The notes under the pieces are model-generated. The model saw only the letters and a list, made by a program, of their open reading frames with translations, did not search any database and was not told where the DNA came from. A DNA stretch of 61,864 bases, filler included, from Hausera hauseri (lineage: Eukaryota), in NCBI GenBank assembly GCA_046269625.1. It is 11 parts of 11 records of this genome, joined end to end, with 100 filler letters (N's around TTAATTAATTAA, not from the genome) between each part and the next. Parts side by side here need not be neighbours in the genome. Positions count along the whole stretch, not along the records: positions 51,951 to 57,790 come from JBJURY010180972.1; positions 57,891 to 61,864 come from JBJURY010846969.1; 9 more parts are not named here. The stretch is one strand, 5' to 3'. Each line of letters begins with the position of its first letter. Positions within the stretch are counted from its first letter, which is position 1. Of the stretch, positions 53,396-61,864 are shown piece after piece. The position numbers were made by a program, and so were the translations under genes.

Positions 53396-56300
53396 CATAA
53401 ACATTTTAAAAATGCCAGTTTTCTTACATTTGCATAAGTGTGCAGTCCTTTGTGGCCCTCTGATTTTGTCAACAAAAAATTGTGGCCCCTTCCATCATTT
53501 ATGTTGCCCATCCCTGGTTTTAAGTGAAGGATCAGGGATATGCTGTAGAGATGAATAAAAGTCAATGCAAGTCCACACATGGACAGTAAAACCCTACAGG
53601 TGTTCACTACCTGTCTGTTAGCAAAATATTTTTTGAACTACTGGAGAAAAAATAATTTTTGTGTGCATATCTACAACGACTGAGTATTATAGTCAACCCA
53701 ACTCAACAGATTAGACGTTAGAAAACAAATTAACTAAATTGAAGTCAGTTTTACAGATTTTGGGCTGAAAGTTTGTGTGGTAGTAGCTGAGGCTCATCCT
53801 CAACACATACACCTCATGCTCACAGATCAAACAAAACGTTAAAGTATTGTGTGCAATCCAGAGTCAGATTATTTAAGATTTTACCATATTTACCTCTGAA
53901 CACATAAAAGATGGTGAGTGATATGCATTATTTCAAGAAATGTTAGGGCTTTAATATCCCAAATCAAAAAAAACAGTAGTTGATGCTTTATGAACAACGC
54001 AGGTTCCAAACTTGTTTTTATGCACAAAGACAAAGACACACTGGCAAAAACACACAAAAATAAAGCAACACACATCACTCCCATGGGAGAAGTACTTCCC
54101 CTCCTTAAAATATCTGTCAGATGTTTCCTCTTGATCTCTTCCCTCATATGATACAATCTGCTTTTTCAAATCTTACAAGGTGGATCAGGAAACAGAGAGG
54201 AAATACTTATTTATTTTGGACATTATATGTCACCGCACTCATCATATTTACAACTGAATTTACACAAATCCCATGTCAAATGAAAATGCATTTTATACAC
54301 TTACTGTATGTTTTACTCCTTTTGGTAAAAGCAATGATCACTGTTCAAGTGCTTTTATATAAAAGCATAATCTCTCTCCGTTACCTCTGGGTTAACCCTT
54401 ACAGTTCTCTTTACATCCACCTCCAAAACCCCCTTATTACCCATTTAATTCCTTACCAGCAATTGCTTCAATAAATTCAGATTACAGCTCCTCCCCCTCC
54501 TCAGACCCTCTCCTCTTTTTTCATAAATAGGTTCTCACACAGAACCAGTTTTTCCCTCTGCAGTGCAGCCGGTGTGTCCCCATGGAGAGGATCATCACTT
54601 TTTCCATGAATATGAAAGAGATGTGTGTGTATATGAGAAGAGTGATTTGCTTTGCTTTTCTGAGTCCTTACTTCATTAGAATAAAAACTTACAAATAAGA
54701 CACTTGTCTACAATCATGTCCTGTGTGCAGGTGGATGTGGAAGAGGGTAAATGTTCCTTCTTCATCATGAAGTATTTCTTTAAAATACAGTGAAAAAACT
54801 AAATTGGCAACCCACTCGGGAATTTGCTTGGCCACTTACGAGTCTAAATGGTCTTGAAATGAAAACAAAGGTAATAAAATGACAAGTTTGTTCATGAGAG
54901 ACATGGGAACAACAGGGGCAAAAAAATCTGTCCTTCAAACAACTGTTCTTTACTACAAAAGACAATCAGACAGCAACTTGTTCACCAGAACTGTGGAATG
55001 AAACAAAGCCTCTAAAAGGTCACAAAACATTTGCAATTTTTATGCAGGAGTTGTAGGATCTCACACTAATATTGATGGAGTTTTAAACAAGTTTCAAAAT
55101 TTGTGAGATGCATTTTTCTCAAATAGCAACAGAATCTTCTTCAATCCTACTAATCCTCCTTAATTAAGTTTCCATAACTCTAGACAGAGCACAAAGCTTG
55201 ATGACAGAAGACAAGAGGCTACAACCATGAATGTCCAGGTCTATTAATATTAATAATAATAATATAATTATTATTGATAATTTTCCAAGTTTACCTATTT
55301 TTATTTCAAAATGTACTCCATCAGCTTCAATTACAAATATGAGTATGGGTACAATGTGGGCAGAGATGAGCACTTTCTGGCAAGGATATCCTGTGGACTC
55401 CTTCCAAGGGAGGTCATGTCCCATTGGGAGAAGATCCCATGACCTCTAGAAAAGAATAAACTTCCAGTCACATCCTCTTATTCAGTGTCTCTGTTCTTCT
55501 CCTTTTTATATACAATGCACATCAGCATAGAAATCATCCAGACTATGAAGGAACCCCAAACCCAAAAGCACCAAACACACCAAACATATGACCCAGATTC
55601 TAAACCACTCAAAGCAGGTATTTCTTGCTCCGACCAAAGTCGTTCACACTCTTTGGAACTCCTCCAACATCGCTGGGAAACCCTTCCAGGTGATGACAGA
55701 ACCTCATGAGGCTGAGAGACTGGCATGAGTTTGCAGCTGTAATAAAAGCTAAAAGGTGCCCACCTTGAACAATCCAAAACGTATCCTGGTTTGTTCAACA
55801 CCTCCAAGCTCCCTACATGGCTCCTTGTGTTCCTTCGCAGTCTGAACAACCCCCGCACCGACCCACGACGTAGGAAAAGAAGAAAACAATAAAAACATAG
55901 AGAAAGTTTGTCCAAACATTCGTCTGGTGGTATCTCTCGGCTGGGAAAAGCTTGGAGACCCTCCAGAAGAGCTGCGTGAGTTTGGATGTTGATGTATCAA
56001 CATCATTTTCTTCCCACATCGCTGGGACCGAATGCAACATGAGGGATGACCTCGCTAATCAGTGATCCCATTTTGTTATTTCATTGAATTTCGAGAAACT
56101 CTTCTGACGCCTTCGTTCCAAGTTGTATTATGATCTGAAACATCATATTTTATTACCCATGGGGAAAATGTTTTAATGTGTGTCTGACAGTCACTTGTCA
56201 CATCTTGTGTGAGGGGATTTGTTTCCAAAACAAATGTCCACATGTTTTTTAATAGCATTCCTTGAAAGATTTTCCAAGACACAACAAGTTGATTTGATCT

Positions 56301-57323
56301 TGCAGTTTGGTGACATGAGCCTTTATCTTTTCTGTTACTTTTAATGGATTTTGTAACATATTCTTGTTTTTACTAAATGCTTCCAAAAAACAGAGCAGAT
56401 GAACTATTTTTATAAATTTTATGGCAATGAGCAACGATAGAAAAGAAAAAAAAATAATAAACAAGGAGAAATGGTCACAAAGGTCCCTTTGGTTTAGCTC
56501 TGAATTATAGCAGAAATCATGACGTTTTGGCTGGAAGTTTTCTGGACAAATACATCCATAACTTCTTTAATGCTTAAGATAATCACATGATTTTGATGTT
56601 ATTTAAAAGGATGTTCTTTTTGAATTCACTGTCCGATTTGATATGATGGGATGAAATTATCCACATCCCTGAGAACGGATGTCTGAGCACCTTCGATATT
56701 AAGCAGCAGAAAATGAAAAGATATTTGAAAAACTTACAAAGCTGTTTTTTTTCAATGCATTCTGCGGAAGGATGATGATCCATTCTTCTGGTTCTGGCCC
56801 TCAGGCCATCTGTTGACCATGTGTGCAGTGGGACTTTGAATGTCTGTCACAGCATTACGTTTTAGGCAACTTGTGAAATTGTTGGCAGACTTTGAAAAGG
56901 TCTGCGCTGAAGATGCAATAAAAGAAATCTATCTATAATTAAATGAAATATTCACAAGTTGTCTAAAACGTTAGTGTGACGAGGCCTTTAGAAAGTTAAA
57001 ACAAAGAAACTTTGAGCTTCTGCATCCTGACAGCCACTAACCTAACAACAGTGTGGAAATTTAAGGAATGATGCAAAGAGCCAGAAACTCTCAAACGCAA
57101 CCGTGCAGGTTTTTTATTTTCTTTTTTTTACTGAAGGCTGAGATGCCTAAAATACCACCGCTAGAGAGAAAATGTTCACATAAATAGTCACATAATCTCT
57201 TTTAAAACAAACTTTTACCTAATCAGAATTTAGCTCATATCAGGTCACAGGTGAGGAGCAGGTATGTGGGAGAAAAAAAGTTTGGGATAGTCTGATCTTT
57301 GCTCTCTTAAAGAGACCCCCTAC

Positions 57324-57405
57324 CTTCCAGTGTCACCTCCTTCCCAGCCCGCTTCAGCGCCTGCACCGCCTCGTCGTGCGTCGATTCCCGCAGGTTCACG
57401 TCGTC
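57324..57405 (-). pseudogene. Beta-syntrophin PDZ exon fragment
   Basis: DVNLRESTHDEAVQALKRAGKEVTLE followed by a G|GTAGG donor, as in vertebrate SNTB1/2. An in-frame TGA lies just upstream. Confidence 0.7.
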
Positions 57406-57713
57406 TCAGCCTGCTGAGTGACACCAGACCTGCAGAAGTAAAACAAACTCGTTATTTGCATCAGAGACAGAACAGCTAATCAGACATGTGTGTAACTCTC
57501 CTAAACATCTTGGAGGAAAACTTTCTGTAACATGTCAAGCTGTGCAGCTCGTTTTTATTCTCACTCACAAAATAGAACTTCATTTAATATAAAAAAACAG
57601 CTCTGATGCGGGAATTTAAATACATTTCTGCGCAATTAATAAAATTTAACGTGTGCACTTTGAAATTGGAATCTTTGTAAACGCGCTTTAAAAAAAACTT
57701 AGCTAGAAAAGCT

Positions 57714-57788
<75 letters not shown>

Positions 57789-57790
57789 AA
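57714..57790. repeat. (GAAA)n microsatellite
   Basis: Pure tetranucleotide run up to the contig end. Confidence 0.97.
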
Positions 57791-60700
57791 NNNNNNNNNN
57801 NNNNNNNNNNNNNNNNNNNNNNNNNNNNNNNNNNTTAATTAATTAANNNNNNNNNNNNNNNNNNNNNNNNNNNNNNNNNNNNNNNNNNNNAATTCCCTAT
57901 ATGTACTCCAAACTATCAGTCCAAACACAAAACTAGATCGCAAATTGTAACCAATTTAATCCCAGAGTATATGATCCTAAACATTGACGACTGATCGGTG
58001 ATCCCAATAAAACTATGACTTTATATGATCAACCCAATATTATAGACTATGACTGTGTATATTATTGTGATAATTAATGGACCTTGTATATAATCGTCTT
58101 ATTTTCATATTAATGTTAAACCCATGATGGGTGTCTCTGCCACACTTTTTTGTGTATACGAATTGTTACCAAAAGCGGCGAAATAATTAATCAAATAATT
58201 AACATAACTTAAAGATTTAAGCAATGACCATACAAACATACTTGCTTTAGAACTACAAAGAATAGAACATTAACCAGGTAACAGAACGATTACCCAACCT
58301 ACCACTACAAACAGCTTATAGGTTTCGTCATAAAATCCCAGAACTGTGTTCATTAAGTATGCCTATAGAAAATCAATTATTTTATTTCTCTATGGAAGCC
58401 GAGCATGGTAACTGTCAATTATTCTGGCACAATGTTTATCTAAAATGCCAGAATTATTTTAATCTATCTACAGAAACCAGAGTTATAATAAACACAATAC
58501 TTGTCCAAGCTGTCAGAATTATCAGAACAAATTCAAAATTCAATTACAATAAACGAATTCCATAATAGAAACACTCGTCTGAAATCAAGGAAGCAAATAG
58601 AAAAATATATACAATAATACCAAAATCCGAATCGCTCAAGTGGTAATCAAATTTCCTAAATAGATAATCAAATTTCCAAATAAACAATCAGGTTTCAAAT
58701 AAACCATGAACAGTATAAGACGCACTCAGTAAGACGAAAAACAAAACATTTTTACCGAAATAAAAATCTTAATTTTACATTGAGAAGAATCTTCACTGGA
58801 ATACAGATCCTTGGGTAGGTTGCATTTCTTATCAAAGGATTAAGGATTGATATTTTGTTAGAAAACAATTACAGAGCCAATTGAACAAAATAAGAGTAGT
58901 ACAAGATCCAAATTCGAGCAATTCATATCGTCAATACCCGATCTACCTAAATTTAATTAGTATTATTTACTCAGAGAAGGACTGAACGAAATGCTAATCA
59001 ATTAGGAGTACCAGAAGAACTTTCGGTTAAATTCCTTCTCTTATTATTTGAGAATTTTAACTTATAGTTGCCAAAAATTGATTAAAATATTACATTAAAG
59101 TAAAAGCCGCTGAAATTTTGTATATTCGATTTTTTATTATTAATAAATCTTCCCAATGGAATAAATTTGCTTAATGATGTGTATGTTCTACTGCACAGAT
59201 GATTTTGGTTGTTAGCATTTAATGAAAAGCAAATTCGTTTACCCAATGTAGTAGCGGTTCAGTCCAAGCAACTTAGCGTGTCGGTGAACCTGAACTACAA
59301 ACAGAGCCTGATCCCTACTGTATTGATGTATAGAGTAACAGTGAAATTTGGAACGAGGCATTTGGTAGCCAATACGAATAGCCAGTGATACAAAACAACC
59401 CATACTCAAAGGGATGAGTTATTTGCTGATCCCGTCCGGCCAAGGACGATGGATAAAGGATGTCTCCCGGATACATGTCAATTAACATATAATTTACAGG
59501 TCAGGGTGTTAAATTGACGGGTAGTCTAATGCGCATGAGATTCGATCTCTCAATAATAGCAGCAGTGGCGACCAATTATAGATTGACGAATAGGAAAGAG
59601 TGATAATGCATGTTAATTTTATATATTACTCAACGAATCGAGAATTAAAAACCCAATACATTTAATGTTCCAATAATAACATGATTCTGTTAAAAAACTT
59701 TAAATGCGCAATTGAAACCTTAATTCGTCTCGTATTTATGCTCATTCACGTCATGCCAGGAGGAAAATTATAAACATCCCCATCCATTAACTTTGTTTAT
59801 TTAACTGGTTTCGTGGTGTGCGAGTGAATTGTGGCGATCGTAGAATTACGCTCTCTGTAGTCGCATGACGTGGTAAGGGAGCTTAGGTGGCATCAATCTT
59901 ACACCGTGGAATTGTTGTAAATTGCGTGATCCATCTTAATGGGATATTAAAATTGCATCTTTCGTTTATTAAAAACATTTAGTTACTCTGAACCTAAATT
60001 CCATCTATAATAAAGTTAAAAATCTTCATGTTGCTGACATTAAACGAGTTTCGAAATTGGATAGTCACATACAGAGAAATTCAGTCTGTTTAATTAATCA
60101 TTAAAAATCTCCGACTTTATAATGTTCAACTCCATCCCAACAATAGTATTACTCGTCTAATCATGATCCGCGACGCTCAATAAACTAACCGTTGTTCTCC
60201 TAATTATCACCCTTATAGTCTGAGGAATTGGAATATAACGGTATCCCAATTACATGCAGTAGATGGTTGAAGACAACATTCCACAACAGTCGATTCATTG
60301 GAATGAAATGTGGTTATTTGAGGGTTGGGGCGTGTTCTTATTATGTGAACGCGAGAAGAGATGGACTACTACACCAATGGCGCAGTCTGGCACCGACCAC
60401 CGAACCACCGGAACTCATCCTTCAGGACATCACTCACTAAATTAAAAGAGACACGGTTTATATGTTGATAGTATGCCTCGAGAACTTCCAAACCATCAAA
60501 CATGATAGCTATCAACAAAATCATCGTCGCTGATCTTTTTTACCAACAGACTATATTTCACTGGTTTGATTTTGACCGTTTGCGTCAATGGCAATTAAAT
60601 AGCGTTGCGTAGATAATGTAAGTTGTATCCATTGTACAACCGGGAATTTTTGGGCAATTATTCGCTCCACCGTGGCCTTTTTGTGAGACTCACGGAACTG

Positions 60701-60876
60701 TCACCTGCTGAATTGTTTTCCAAAGACATTGTTTAAATAAGACAAATGTGAAATGAAATTGCATCCCTATTAATATCAAATTTGTTCATACCGGTTTGCT
60801 TTCATTGCAAACAATAGATATTTACTTCGTGAGTATTGTCTCATCAGATTGATACAAATTACCTCCACGTCCCAGT

Positions 60877-61864
60877 TCATTCGTAATAAATGTGTACAGT
60901 TTCCATTATAGAATATTTACATTCTTGACATTGGTGGGTTGCTTTGGTGAAACACATTTGACAAACAGCGAGATGGCCGCACATTAAGAATACCGTATCC
61001 ACTTTTTGTTGTTTACATAGTACATACATAAACTAACAGTCTCGTACTTTGTCCATTATTTTCTCTTTCAAGTTTTTTAATTCACAGCGTACCTTTTCAA
61101 CAGTATTAAAATAATTTGTATCATACAATCGTTGAATGTACATTTGATTTAACACAACAATTAAATTTTCTATAGAGCTGCAATTTGTTGTTGTTGCTCT
61201 TGTTGTCATCAATGCTATTGACGCAAAATCTTCTTTAAATCCAAAATCATCTGCTGCTCTTGCAATTAGATCACTATCAAGTACTTGCCAACATCGTACC
61301 AAGTCTGGAATTGATAGTCCATTAAAATTTTGCAATTGCTTCAATTAATTAACGATTTTCATGATGATTATTATGATTACTATAACTTACCCGTATTTGT
61401 AGTTTTCGAACTATTCAACTGATCAATACGGCGGACCTGATTTACATATATTTATTTGCATAAAATATAGTTAATACAAAGCGGTAGACATTTTTATAAG
61501 CACAATTCGGTCCATGATCACGATACTGACATATAATATTGTCAGGTACTATCTCCAGCGAGCTGTTCGATGTTGAATACGTCGTAATTCGTAACTCGGG
61601 AAAGTGTGAATGGAGTTGTGTAAACATTTGTCCGTTAATATAATCTTTAATGTAAAATATATTATTTTCAATGTGAACACGATCACAAATCTCCCCCATA
61701 ATACACGTCACACAGAAAATTGAATTGCCTTCATACCAATGAAATCCATGACGACGTCGAAAGAGAAATCCATTTGTACATTTCGTTTTTTCCGTCAGGT
61801 CATTCCACACAATGCCGGGCTTGAATACGTACACAAGCGGTTTGAAAATGTTACTGACGTCCAT
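60877..61864 (-). pseudogene. IAP-like gene (degenerate BIR-like region, UBA-like region, C-terminal RING)
   Basis: After the TAG at 61033-61035 the frame continues FMYVLCKQQKVDTVFLMCGHLAVCQMC..CQECKYSIMETVHIYYE* (IAP-type RING). Upstream ARAADDFGFKEDF..SIENLIVVL is UBA-like, and GFHWYEGNSIFCVTC..DHGPNCAY is BIR-like. Confidence 0.6.

Larger units (their letters stand above)
51951..57790. other. Teleost-like scaffold (probable host contamination)
   Basis: Fish SINE-like sequence, a GC-rich MITE, a syntrophin exon fragment and (GAAA)n. Confidence 0.75.

Noticed and set aside
55440-56220. Cluster of short ORFs in the fish-like scaffold
   Set aside because: Probably an old transposon remnant, but no motif could be identified.
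57891-58960. A-rich decayed coding-like sequence (also 23580-24300), possibly env-like
   Set aside because: No reconstructable ORF or recognisable motif.
59425-59452. CTGATCCC-GTCC-GGCCAA-GGAC-GATG resembling a hammerhead ribozyme core
   Set aside because: The required CUGAnGA and GAAA boxes are both broken and flanking stems are not evident.

Overview
This is not a prokaryotic locus. The window is an artificial concatenation of 11 short eukaryotic contigs joined by 100-bp linkers (N44-TTAATTAATTAA-N44), so adjacency across a linker means nothing. Nine contigs look like an AT-rich invertebrate genome. VCP/p97 looks flatworm-like, and a DGCR6 homologue has 44-45 nt introns. Two contigs (10066-17342, 51951-57790) look like teleost DNA (Rex3/Expander, Tc1 end, fish SINE, syntrophin exon piece), which suggests a fish parasite assembly with host contamination (inference). 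Contents: (i) four diverged, decayed Ty3/gypsy LTR retrotransposons; (ii) two decayed Polinton/Maverick (adintovirus-like) segments, one with pPolB plus cargo genes and one with the ATPase, integrase, two penton genes and the major capsid start; (iii) host genes or pseudogenes: DGCR6, VCP, a C2H2-ZF/ACK-kinase chimera and an IAP-like gene. Two signals stand out. First, all three gypsy elements whose 5' part is present carry a ubiquitin-like domain in frame just before Gag. It ends in an intact LRVRGG|M in one copy and is decayed in the other two, suggesting a Gag precursor cleaved by a host deubiquitinase. Second, the Polinton carries a divergent TATA-binding-protein-like gene head-to-head with its packaging ATPase across a 56-bp TATA-containing spacer. 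All family assignments come from motif recognition by eye. No database search was run.
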